From: Gammaproteobacteria bacterium 42_54_T18
GTDB taxonomy: Bacteria > Pseudomonadota > Gammaproteobacteria > Pseudomonadales > Ketobacteraceae
NCBI GenBank assembly: GCA_002163245.1
Contig: MAAL01000021.1
Location: 187,677-211,676, forward strand
Direction of reading: 5' to 3'
Length of the DNA stretch: 24,000 bases
Shown here: piece by piece, positions 1 through 10,400 of the stretch
Layout of the letters: each line of letters begins with the position of its first letter
Position numbering within the stretch: position 1 is the first letter of the stretch
Notes under the pieces: model-generated
The model's database searches: none
What the model was told of the DNA's origin: nothing
Seen by the model: the letters and a program-made list of their open reading frames with translations, nothing else
Position numbers and translations under genes: made by a program

Positions 1-74
1 CGGATCAATATTTGACCAAACCGTTCAGTAAAGAAGAGCTACTTGGTGCTATTCGCGAGCATGTGACAACATAG
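1..74 (+). CDS. pilG: C-terminal end of a CheY-like response regulator, PilG-like (partial; 5' end lies outside the window)
   Basis: The frame starting at nt 3 reads DQYLTKPFSKEELLGAIREHVTT and stops at TAG 72-74. D-x-Y-L-T-K-P-F is the beta5/alpha5 signature of receiver domains. The position directly upstream of pilH-pilI-pilJ matches the pilG slot of the Pil-Chp cluster. Confidence 0.6.
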   Translation, partial: DQYLTKPFSKEELLGAIREHVTT

Positions 75-192
75 CTGTCGACCGTGTTGAGCGGGCTTCT
101 TTTTAGCTCAGACTAAATTTAAGCGAAATCGAGTTTTCTAAATTATACTGTTATAAATCAAATTGAAGCGCAAACCTGTAACTGGAGGGTAT

Positions 193-558
193 ATGCCTCG
201 TGTACTCATAGTTGATGATTCTCCTACCGAGACGTACAAATTTAAAGAAATCCTTGAAAAGCACGGGTTTGAAATTATCACTGCAGAAAATGGTGCCGAT
301 GGTGTTTCAGTTGCTCGTCAAGAGCTGCCCGATGTAGTGTTAATGGACGTAGTGATGCCGGGTTTAAACGGTTTTCAAGCTACTCGTCAGATTAGCAAAA
401 ATGAAGAAACCAAACATATCCCTGTGATTATCGTTACAACGAAAGATCAGGAAACGGATAAAGTCTGGGGCAGACGCCAGGGAGCAAGTGATTACCTGAC
501 AAAGCCTGTTGATGAAGCCAAACTATTGGAAACTATTAAGCGCGTCATGGATGCGTAG
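193..558 (+). CDS. pilH: Single-domain CheY-like response regulator PilH
   Basis: 121-aa receiver with the motifs VLIVDDS, DVVLMDVVMPGLNG and DYLTKPV. The ORF-track start at 163 is non-ATG. The ATG at 193 follows GGAGGG (184-189), so 193 is preferred. Gene order matches pilG-pilH-pilI. Confidence 0.85.
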   Translation: MPRVLIVDDSPTETYKFKEILEKHGFEIITAENGADGVSVARQELPDVVLMDVVMPGLNGFQATRQISKNEETKHIPVIIVTTKDQETDKVWGRRQGASDYLTKPVDEAKLLETIKRVMDA

Positions 559-563
559 ATGCT

Positions 564-1103
564 ATGAGTGAATTATCTCCTGCATACCTAAAACTGGTCG
601 ACTTAGCGTCCCGTAGCCGTAAAAATGCTGATGAGCTTCCTGCGCAAAAAGAAGCAGTTACATTTTGGACTGGCGTTGGATTTACACTTGATGGCAACCA
701 GTATGTTGCCCCAATGGATGAAATCTCTGAAATATTAAGTGTTCCACGCTTTACTCAGGTACCCGGTGTACAAACATGGGTACGTGGTATATCGAATATT
801 CGTGGACGTTTGATGCCGGTGATGGATTTACTCACCTTCTTGAATAAAAAATCAGAAATCCAATGGAAGCGCCGGCGTTTGCTGGTGGTTGAGAGCGGGG
901 AACTGTATAGCGGCTTGGTTGTTGATCGAGTGTTGGGTATGCAGCATTTTCCGGTGGATAGTTTTGTGAATGAATTACCGGCAAGTTATAGCGTTACAAA
1001 AGACTATTTGAAAGGTGGTTATACGTCAGAAAAAGGTATGTGGGGGTTGTTCAGTTTGCGTAAGCTGGCAAGTGACCCGCGATTTTTAAACGTAGCATCC
1101 TAA
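564..1103 (+). CDS. pilI: CheW-like coupling protein PilI
   Basis: 179 aa with CheW-domain features (VAPMDEISEILSVP, VRGISNIRGRLMPVMDL, LLVVE...GLVVDRVLG). It starts 5 nt after the pilH stop, in the Pil-Chp gene order. Confidence 0.85.
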   Translation: MSELSPAYLKLVDLASRSRKNADELPAQKEAVTFWTGVGFTLDGNQYVAPMDEISEILSVPRFTQVPGVQTWVRGISNIRGRLMPVMDLLTFLNKKSEIQWKRRRLLVVESGELYSGLVVDRVLGMQHFPVDSFVNELPASYSVTKDYLKGGYTSEKGMWGLFSLRKLASDPRFLNVAS

Positions 1104-1130
1104 ATAATAGCCTTCAAAGTAAGAGAAACA

Positions 1131-1162
1131 TTAGATAACAGCAGAATTTTGTTGTTATCTAA
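1131..1162. repeat. Perfect 10-bp inverted repeat (TTAGATAACA-N12-TGTTATCTAA), function unknown
   Basis: Read directly: 1131-1140 is the exact reverse complement of 1153-1162. It lies 28 nt after the pilI stop. There is no U-tract, so it is either a weak AT-rich hairpin or a dimeric protein-binding site. Confidence 0.6.
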
Positions 1163-1346
1163 GGGTACTGAGTAAAGTGTGTTTCAGTATGGATCACTTT
1201 GCTCGATACCCAAATGATAGAAGGGTTTGAGTGTAAATTTTTCTATCATACAGGCAGTGAAGGAATTGGATTAACTTGAATTCTTAAAACGCATTCACAA
1301 TGTTGTGATGTTTTTTTGTTGTTTATCTCTCTTTTTCCTGTCGATT

Positions 1347-1373
1347 TTGAATTATTGAGCCTAGATTTATAAT
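1347..1373 (+). promoter_or_regulatory. Candidate sigma70 promoter for pilJ-pilK-chpABC
   Basis: TTGAAT (1347-1352), a 15-nt spacer, then a perfect TATAAT (1368-1373) inside the 427-bp AT-rich pilI-pilJ gap. The spacer is short, so this is tentative. Confidence 0.3.
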
Positions 1374-1530
1374 GATTCGATTTAATATAGATCGGCTCTA
1401 ATAATGATTAGCTTTAACATGAAGTGTTTCATACGGATATCTTTGAACATGCGTGTCATGCGTGTGGGAAGCGATAACGTAAGACATTTACCACATAATA
1501 GTATTGCACTGAACGGCCAGGAGTCCGCCT

Positions 1531-3597
1531 ATGTCGTCTAGCACTGGGAAGCTGGATACCAGCACCAAGTCTTCAAATCTTGTACCGATGTATATCATTG
1601 GTCTTATCGTAATGATGGGACTAATGGTTGTTAACTTCGTTTTGGTGGGTGAGCACGCCGGAAAATCTGCGAAGTATATAACCAAGGCAACAGAGCTTAA
1701 GGTGCTGTCTCAACGTATCGCAAAAAATGCTCTGGAATCGGCAGCTGGTAACGCAGATGCGTTTGCCTTTCTAGAACAAGCTCGAGTTGAGTTTGGTTTA
1801 GCTTGGGATCAGATCAAAAATGGTGACTCTGAAGAAGGCTTTAGTGCTGATTCAGTGTTTGTTTCTACCGGCAGTCAAGAGATTGTAGCGGTGGATAAGG
1901 TCTGGAAAAGCGTGTCGCAAAATGCGGATGTTATTTTGCAGGGTCAACAAACGGTAGTTAACCTGCACGATGTTGCAAAGGTGTTAGCGGATACTATTCC
2001 GGTTTTGCAAGAAGAGTATGATCTGGTGGTTGAGACTCTGTTAGATAACAGAGCCCCCGCGAGCCAGGTTGCGGTTGCACAGCGTCAGTCTCTCCTAGCG
2101 GAAAGAATTGTACGAAGTGTAAACAAAGTTTTGGAAGGTGGCGAAGATGCGGTAATGGCCGCAGATAGCTTCGGTCAAGATACGCAGCGTTTTGGACGTG
2201 TACTCACTGGTATGTTGGAAGGTGATGCTGCCCTTAATATCAGCCGAGTTCGTGATTCCGATGCGGTAGATTCGCTAAATGAAATCGCAGACTTGTTTGG
2301 CGAAGTGAATGACAGCGTTGACGAAATCCTTGAAAGTTCACCAGAGCTGTTTCAGGTACGACGAGCAGCAGATGATATCTTTGTTGATTCTCAAACACTG
2401 CTTGATGAAACTAGTGCTTTGACCAGTCGTTTCGAAGACACGACCATTGCTGGCATTTGGTCAACAACGATAGGTATCACGTGTGCGGTATTGGCATTGG
2501 CATTTCTACTCTTAATCTTCTTTAACTTTATTGGGCAATCTCGTAGCAGCCTAGCGGAAGAAGAGCATCGTCGAGAAGAAGAAGAAAAAGCTAATCAAAA
2601 TAACCAGGAAGCAATCCTTCGATTGCTGGATGAGTTGGGTGATTTGGCGGATGGTGATTTAACCATTCAAACAACGGTAACCGAAGATTTCACAGGAGCG
2701 ATTGCTGACTCCATTAACTTTACCATTGACCAACTTCGTAGCTTGGTATCAACCATCAACGAAACTGCTGTACAGGTATCCTCTGCTGCACAAGAAACGC
2801 AAGCAACGGCGATGCATCTTGCAGAGGCATCTGAGCATCAGGCGCAAGAGATTGCTGGAGCTTCTGCTGCGGTAAATGAGATGGCGGTTTCTATTGACCA
2901 AGTATCTGCCAACTCAGCTGAATCTGCAGCGGTTGCCGATAGATCGGTATCCATTGCGAATAAAGGTGCTGAGGTGGTGCAAAATACTATTCACGGCATG
3001 GACACGATTCGTGAACAGATTCAAGAAACATCCAAACGTATTAAACGACTGGGTGAATCATCTCAGGAGATCGGGGATATCGTATCCTTGATCAACGATA
3101 TCTCTGATCAAACTAACATTCTGGCACTTAACGCGGCGATTCAGGCATCGATGGCGGGTGAAGCTGGTCGTGGTTTCGCGGTAGTTGCGGATGAAGTTCA
3201 GCGACTTGCTGAACGTTCTTCTGCAGCAACAAAGCAGATCGAAGCACTGGTTAAAACTATCCAGACGGATACTAACGAAGCTGTTATCTCCATGGAACAT
3301 ACAACGGCGGAAGTGGTACGAGGAGCTCGCTTAGCACAAGATGCGGGTGTTGCACTGGAGGAAATCGAGAATGTATCCAGTAACTTGGCTGATTTGATCC
3401 AGAATATCTCGAACGCAGCTAGACAGCAGGCGGCTTCTGCTGGCCATATCTCGAATACGATGAACGTTATTCAAGAGATTACGTCACAGACGTCGGCTGG
3501 TACAACAGCAACAGCAACCTCTATCGGTAACTTGGCAGAGTTGGCTGTACAGATGCGTAATTCTGTTGCTGGCTTCAAATTACCTGAATCAGCATAA
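1531..3597 (+). CDS. pilJ: Methyl-accepting chemotaxis protein PilJ
   Basis: 688 aa. AGGAG lies at 1518-1522, before the ATG. The protein has an N-terminal TM segment, a periplasmic region, a second TM segment ([22 protein letters not shown]), and the canonical MCP signalling hairpin [38 protein letters not shown]. Confidence 0.9.
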   Translation: MSSSTGKLDTSTKSSNLVPMYIIGLIVMMGLMVVNFVLVGEHAGKSAKYITKATELKVLSQRIAKNALESAAGNADAFAFLEQARVEFGLAWDQIKNGDSEEGFSADSVFVSTGSQEIVAVDKVWKSVSQNADVILQGQQTVVNLHDVAKVLADTIPVLQEEYDLVVETLLDNRAPASQVAVAQRQSLLAERIVRSVNKVLEGGEDAVMAADSFGQDTQRFGRVLTGMLEGDAALNISRVRDSDAVDSLNEIADLFGEVNDSVDEILESSPELFQVRRAADDIFVDSQTLLDETSALTSRFEDTTIAGIWSTTIGITCAVLALAFLLLIFFNFIGQSRSSLAEEEHRREEEEKANQNNQEAILRLLDELGDLADGDLTIQTTVTEDFTGAIADSINFTIDQLRSLVSTINETAVQVSSAAQETQATAMHLAEASEHQAQEIAGASAAVNEMAVSIDQVSANSAESAAVADRSVSIANKGAEVVQNTIHGMDTIREQIQETSKRIKRLGESSQEIGDIVSLINDISDQTNILALNAAIQASMAGEAGRGFAVVADEVQRLAERSSAATKQIEALVKTIQTDTNEAVISMEHTTAEVVRGARLAQDAGVALEEIENVSSNLADLIQNISNAARQQAASAGHISNTMNVIQEITSQTSAGTTATATSIGNLAELAVQMRNSVAGFKLPESA

Positions 3598-3639
3598 CGG
3601 GTCTGGAGTTTAGCGCCAGTGTCTGCACATAAGTGGAGT

Positions 3640-4491
3640 ATGAAAGAATCCCTTAAGATGGATGATGAACAATTCATCCTCTGGCAGGCACTGCTTGAAG
3701 ATAGAACAGGAATGCAAATATCCGCCCAACGGAAATCGTTTCTTGAAACTAGTTTGGCCATACGCATGCGTGAGGTTGGCTTACAAGATTACGATGCCTA
3801 CTACGAAAAGCTGATGTCAGGGTTAACTGGCGAAGTGGAGTGGGCTACGTTGGTGGACCGATTGACGGTACAAGAGACCAGTTTTTTCCGGCATACCAGT
3901 TCTTTTGAGCTTGTTCATGATTATTGTGATACTCGTTTAAAAGAAGGGGCTTCTAGCCTTGATATATGGTGTGTTGGTTGCTCAACCGGTGAAGAGCCGT
4001 ACTCATTGGGCATGATGTTAAATGGGTTGGTAGAGCAGCATCAAGGGAAATATTGGGGTATTACTGCGACAGATATTAGTTTGCCAGCGCTGAGTAAAGC
4101 TCGCAAAGGCATCTATAGTAAGCGCAAGCTGGATTTAATGAGTGAAGAGTACAAATCGCGTTATTTTACAACGCTACCGGGCTCTAGCTTATCCGAATCG
4201 CGCAAAGTCCAAGTAAGCCGTGAATTAAAAGATCGTATTTGTTTTGCCCAAGTGAATGTGTTGGAGCTTGAGTCCGCACCAATGGCAGGAATGGATGTAA
4301 TCTTTTGTCAAAATCTTCTGATTTATTTTCGACGTTGGCGCAAGCGAGACATTGTAACTCATCTTGCTGAGCGATTAGCACCGGGCGGTTTAATGGTGTT
4401 AGGTATTGGTGAGGTGTTAGATTGGAGCCACCCAGATATGGAACGGGTTCCCTATGAAAATACGTTGGCGTTTGCCCGACGAAACGGCTGA
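3640..4491 (+). CDS. pilK: CheR-type chemoreceptor glutamate methyltransferase PilK
   Basis: Carries the CheR SAM-binding signature IWCVGCSTGEEPYSL and FCQNLLIYF. The ATG at 3640 is preceded by GGAG. The ORF-track start at 3619 is a GTG alternative. Confidence 0.85.
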   Translation: MKESLKMDDEQFILWQALLEDRTGMQISAQRKSFLETSLAIRMREVGLQDYDAYYEKLMSGLTGEVEWATLVDRLTVQETSFFRHTSSFELVHDYCDTRLKEGASSLDIWCVGCSTGEEPYSLGMMLNGLVEQHQGKYWGITATDISLPALSKARKGIYSKRKLDLMSEEYKSRYFTTLPGSSLSESRKVQVSRELKDRICFAQVNVLELESAPMAGMDVIFCQNLLIYFRRWRKRDIVTHLAERLAPGGLMVLGIGEVLDWSHPDMERVPYENTLAFARRNG

Positions 4492-4496
4492 CATTA

Positions 4497-7400
4497 ATGC
4501 CGGGAGATAGCATGGCCGAAAGTCACGATTATCAAGCGCTAGAATGGGTAAAGAGTGAGATAGAAGAAACCCTAAAGCAAGCGCAACAATCGTTAGAAGC
4601 GTATGTAGAAAATTCTGAAGATTCTACACGAATGCGCTTTTGCCTGACTCATCTACATCAAGTGTACGGCACTCTGCAGATGGTTGAGTTTTATGGCGCT
4701 GCATTGCTGGCGGAAGAGATGGAGAATCTCGCTCAAGCATTACTTAATGGTACTGCTGCCCATGTGGGAGACTCTCAAGAAGTCTTAATGCGCGCGATGT
4801 TGCAACTGCCTGCATATTTGGATCGTGTCAAAGCAGGCAAGCGTGATATGCCTGTGGTTATTTTACCGTTGCTGAATGATTTGCGTGCCGCTCGTGGTGA
4901 GAGTTTATTATCAGAAACTGCACTTTTTAAACCCAATATGCAATCCGGTGAAAAAGCAGCACCGAAAGAAAAAATCTCTGAAGAAGTTATTAACAAACTG
5001 CCACAGTTACTGAAAAAGGTGCGCCAGTTATACCAGTTTGCTTTAGTTGGTTTAATTCGAAATCAGGATATGGCCACTAACTTAGGTTACCTAGCGAAAT
5101 CTCTAGCAAAACTTGAGCAGCTTTATAGTAATGCACCAATGGCCCAACTTTGGTGGGTTGGTGGAGCTGTGGTTGAGGGTGTTTCCCGATCTTCAATTGA
5201 ATTGGGAACTTCGGTCAAAATGTTGCTTGGGCTGCTTGATAGGCAAATAAAAGACAATATAGAGTCCGGTGCAAATCGCATGGAGCCGGTGCCTGTCGAG
5301 TTGCTAAAAAATCTGCTTTATTATGTTGCACGTTGTGAAGGTGATTCACCAAAAGTTAAAGAAGTTAAAAAAGCATTTCGATTGGATGAGGCATTGCCAA
5401 GTGATGATCTTATTGACGTCGAGCGCCAACAGCTTGCGGGTCCAGATAAAGAAGCTATAGCCTCAGTTATAAAAGCCCTACTAGAAGAAATGGTAGTGAT
5501 TAAAGAAAATTTAGATATTTTCTTACGAGGGCAATCACAAGAAATCGAAGAGCTAAAACCTTTAGTACCTAGTCTAAAACAGGTTGCCGATACCTTGGGT
5601 GTGCTTGGAATTGGTAATCCACGTCGTGTTATTCTTGAGCAAATAGATGTGATTGGTCGGGTAGTTGAATCTGGTTTTATGCCGGATGATAATACGTTTA
5701 TGGATGTCGCTGGTGCGCTGTTATACGTTGAGGCAACCTTGCAAGGTATTGCAGAAGACGGCGCTCGTGGAGCATTCGATTCAGGTGATAATCAGGCAGA
5801 TAATGATAACTATGTTTCGCCGGAACATGTTCATAAGGCACGCTCTGCGGTTATTGAAGAGTCTCGCGCTGGTTTAGAAAGTGCTAAAGATGCAATCACG
5901 GAATATATCGGATCAAATTATAACAATGAATATTTAGAAGCTGTACCGGAGATATTGCACAGTGTTCGTGGTGGCCTGGCGATGGTACCACTTCATCACC
6001 CTGCCGCTTTATTGCAAGGTTGTGTGAGTTTTATTCAAAATGATTTAATTGATACTGGAATCCGGCCAGATTGGAAAGTACTAGACACATTAGCGGATGC
6101 TATCACCAGTATTGAATACTATTTAGAACGCTTGGGTGAGCAATTTCCTGGTGATGAGGATATTTTGTCCATTGCTGAAGACGCGGTGGCAAGTTTAGGT
6201 TATCCGGTAGAACGTGTTGATGAGTTTGCTGCCTCAGTCGGTGGTACAGAAAAAGAATCGGAAGATATTGTCACTCTAGATCAAGTAGATTTTGATGAGG
6301 ATGTACCTGAATTAGAAATTCCAGAGCTTTCTCAGGTAGCGGACGGTAGTGAATCGTTAGAACACGTATCTGATGTTGAGAGTGAGGTTCCTGTATTAGA
6401 TTCCGTTACAGAAAATATAGTTGAAGATATAGAAGAAACCTCCTCTGTTGAAGATGTTGCGGAAGTTTCAGAAGAACCTGGGGCTGAAGAAGTGGAAGAT
6501 GACGACGATCTAATTGATGATGAAATTCTAGAAATATTCGTCGAAGAGGCTGAAGAAGTTTTAGAAACTATCGTCGAGTTTACACCGAAATGGAAGGCAG
6601 ATAGAGATGCGGAGGAGCCGCGTGCGGAAGTACGTCGGGCTTACCACACCATAAAAGGTAGTGGTCGTATGGTTGGTGCAACCGTTATTGGCGAGTTAGG
6701 TTGGTCCATTGAAAATATGCTAAACCGCGTGCTTGATGGCAATATTGAAGCAAGCGATGATGTATTTTTAATTATGGAAACGGTAACTTCCATAATACCT
6801 GAATTGGTAAAAGACTTTGAAAGCCGACGAAAACCGACACTAAATGTTGATGCGCTAGCAGCCGTTGCCGATGCACTGTCAAAAGGTGAGCAGCCACCAC
6901 CAATACCAAGTAATTTGTATATAAGTGAAGAACCGGTTCTTGAAGTGTCTGAAGAGGAGGCTATCGAGGAAGAGGTTGAGATAGTTGAAGAAATTGCGCC
7001 AACGGATGATATTGAACCGCTAGCGACAATGGATGATATTGAATCAATTGAAGTTAAAGGTATGTTAGTGGCTGAAGACGTTATTGATCCCGTCTTATTG
7101 GATATTTTCAGCCAAGAAGCCCGCTCACACCTTGATGTTGTTCGAGAGTTTCTACAATTGGCAGAGCAATCACCGCAATCATTTACTAGTCCGTTATTAC
7201 GCGCCCTGCATACGCTAAAAGGTAGCGCGCATATGGCTGGCATCCATGTTATTGCTGATCTTGCATCCCCTACAGAAAAATTTATTAAAGAATGCCACTT
7301 GCAAGGGTTGGAAACAGATGCTGAGATTCACCAGTTTCTAGTGTTGGCGGTAGATCTTATTGAGCGTGGTGTTGAGCAATTAACAACAACGCCAACAACT

Positions 7401-10400
7401 ACGATTGAAGGAACAGAAGCATTTATTGAGCGAGCAGTGGAACTGCGTCAGCGTAAATTGGTGCATGCCGAAGAAGCGGAAAATGCGGACGATATGGGTG
7501 CTCCAGATCCTCAATTGGTGTCTATTTTCTTAGCAGAGGGCACAGATTTAATCCTGGATGCTGCTGATGTGTTGAATAACTGGGAACAAAATCCGGTACC
7601 TGGTGAAGATCTTGATAACTTACGACGAGAACTACGTATTCTTTCTCGCAGTGCAAGTGCCGCACAGCTAAACGATGTTGTGGCTTTATGCATGGCATTA
7701 GAGGAAACCTATAATGCCATGTCTGAAGGTATGTTAACACCGGGTGCAGAGTTCTTTGAAATTGCTCATCGTGCGCATGAACATTTGATAGGCATGATGG
7801 ATCGTATTGCTGTTGGGCAGAAGCCGATGGGTGTTGATACCTTGGTTGGTGAGCTACAAAGCTTGGTTGATCAAGCGCCAGAAGTAGCGGAGCAAATTAA
7901 AGCAGAGGCTTTAGAAGAGGTTGCAACAGAAGAAGATAAAGGTGAAAGCCTTGAAGGCAGTGAAGAGGCTGTAGAAGATGAAGCCTCAGAATTTGAATTT
8001 GATACGGAAGCAGAAACCTCCTCATTGGAATATGAGGAAATTGATGAGCTTGATGAGCTTGAGTCTCCTGAAGAAACTATACCTACAGTCAGTGAAGAGG
8101 AAGAAGAGGAATATGACGCTGAGTTAGTAGAAATCTTCTTAGAAGAAGCAGAAGAAATTGTTGAGTCTATCTCAAATTTATTAGAAGAGTGGCGTGCGGA
8201 ACCCGATAACTTAGATAAAGTTGCTCAGTTGCAGCGTGATTTACACACCTTAAAAGGTGGTGCACGCATGTCGGATATGACTGAAATTGGTGATTTAGCG
8301 CATCATCTAGAAAATTTGTATGAAGGTTTGTGTGATAAGAAGTTTGTTGCCATACCTAGTTTGTTCAGCATCCTTAATGAGTGTCACGATACTTTAGCGG
8401 TAATGGTTGAAGCATTACAAGCAGGGCAACCATTAACGGCGGCGGATGGCTTGATACAACAAGTTGAAGCTTATATGGCAGGTGATACAGAATTCGTCAG
8501 TACTGTATCCAATGTTACAGCGGAAATGGTTAGCGAAGATTCAACGGCTATCTCGGCCGGTGTTGAGGCTGCTAATGAACCAGAGCTGGTTCAACAGGAT
8601 GAAAATGCTTTAGAAGCCTTGAGCTCTGATGAAGACGGCGAAGAAATTGATATTGAAATCCTTGAAGTCTTCATGGAAGAGGCCGGTGAGCTTATCGAAG
8701 GGTTGGATACCTCTGTTAGTGCATTACAAGATGAGCGTGATAGCCAAGAACATATTGATGAACTCAAGCGTTTGTTGCATACCTTTAAAGGCGGTGCTCG
8801 TCTAGCGGGATTAAAACTGCTGGGTGATATCAGTCATGATTTTGAAACGTTCTTGATTGAGCAGGAAGCACTGATTGAACAAGAAGAGCGTACGGAAGGT
8901 TTTGATGACGCAAGCTTAAGCACCATTCAAGCTTATCAAGATAAGCTAATTGAACAAGTTGATCTTGTTCGACAGCGTGGTTCAGAGCTACTTGAAGAAG
9001 CAACCTTACCGGGTCAGGTGTCTGAAGATAAGCATGAGCCACCGAGAGAAGTTACTGGTGAAGATAATGTGGTGCCTATCACGCCACAGCCAGAACCTGG
9101 CGGAACAATTATTATCCAGGATGCCGTGGCTGGTTCAGTAGCGTCAAAACGTGACTCGGCAGAAAAGTCAGGAAGTGGCGAAAGTGTTCGTGTTTCTGCC
9201 GACTTAATTGAAGAGCTGGTTAACCTTTCTGGTGAAACCAGTATTATTCGTGGTCGTGTAGAACAAGAACTGACGGACTTCTCTTACGAGATTGAAGATA
9301 TCGGTATGGCGATTGATCGAGCTCGTGAGTTATTGCGACGCTTAGATATTGAAACGGAAACACAAATACTTCATGGTCACCAAACGGCAGTGGGAGAAAG
9401 TAGCGATTATGCTGATTTTGATCCATTGGAAATGGATCGTTATTCAACGTTACATCAGTTATCTCGATCACTTTCAGAAACCGCCAGTGACTTGATGGAT
9501 CTAAAAGATTCATTGCTCGATAGAGCACGAGATACTGAAACATTATTGCAGCAGCAGGCGCGTGTTAACTCTGAGTTACAAGAAGGTTTAATGCGTACCC
9601 GAATGGTTCCCTTTTCCCGAATGGTACCGAGACTGCGTAGAATAGTTCGTCAAATTGCAGGGGAAGTGGGTAAAAAGGCTGAACTAGAAGTGATTGGTGC
9701 TGATGGTGAAATGGATCGTACCGTCATGGACCGAATGATATCACCGTTAGAGCATATGATTCGTAACGCTGTTGATCACGGGATTGAAACCCCTGAAGAG
9801 CGAAAAGCTAGGGGTAAAGAAGAAACTGGACGTATCACTATTCACCTAGCACGAGAAGGTGGGGATGTGGTGTTACGTCTAATGGATGACGGCAAAGGTA
9901 TCAACCTTGAAGCAGTGAAGACTCGTGCAATAGAGCGAGGCTTGATGAAAGCCAATGCGCCACTTTCCGAAAAAGAAATTATGCAGTTTATCTTTAAGGC
10001 AGGCTTCAGTACTGCTGAGAAAGTGACGCAGATTTCTGGTCGTGGTGTAGGTATGGATGTGGTTCACAGTGAAATCAAGCAGCTGGGTGGTAATTTAAAG
10101 ATTCACTCTGCTCCGAATGCCGGGTCTCAGTTCACAGTACGTTTGCCATTCACCGTTTCGGTTAACCGAGCGTTGATGGTAAGAGTAGGGGACGATGCAT
10201 ATGCAATACCACTGAATAATATTGAAGGTATTGTACGTGTGAGCCCTTATGAGTTAGATGCGTACTATCAGCCGGATTCTCCCGATTTCGAATATGCCGG
10301 ACAAAGCTATCGGTTACGTTATCTCGGTGGTTACGTGCATGGCACCCAGAGCCCTGATTTACAAAGCCATGTAAAACCGCTTCCAGTGTTGTTGGTGCGT

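Noticed and set aside
1488-1685. 65-aa minus-strand ORF overlapping the pilJ start
   Set aside because: It overlaps the SD and start of pilJ, has no SD of its own and no recognisable motif.
6641-7243. 200-aa minus-strand ORF rich in Ser/Ile inside chpA
   Set aside because: It is the antisense image of the GAA/GAG/GAT-rich acidic linkers of ChpA. It has low complexity, no SD, and is fully embedded in a well-supported gene.
6290-8160. Repetitive GAAGA/GAGGA runs that look at first like tandem repeats or a degenerate array
   Set aside because: They are in-frame Glu/Asp linkers between Hpt modules. There is no fixed repeat unit or repeat-spacer periodicity, so this is not a CRISPR array or a satellite.
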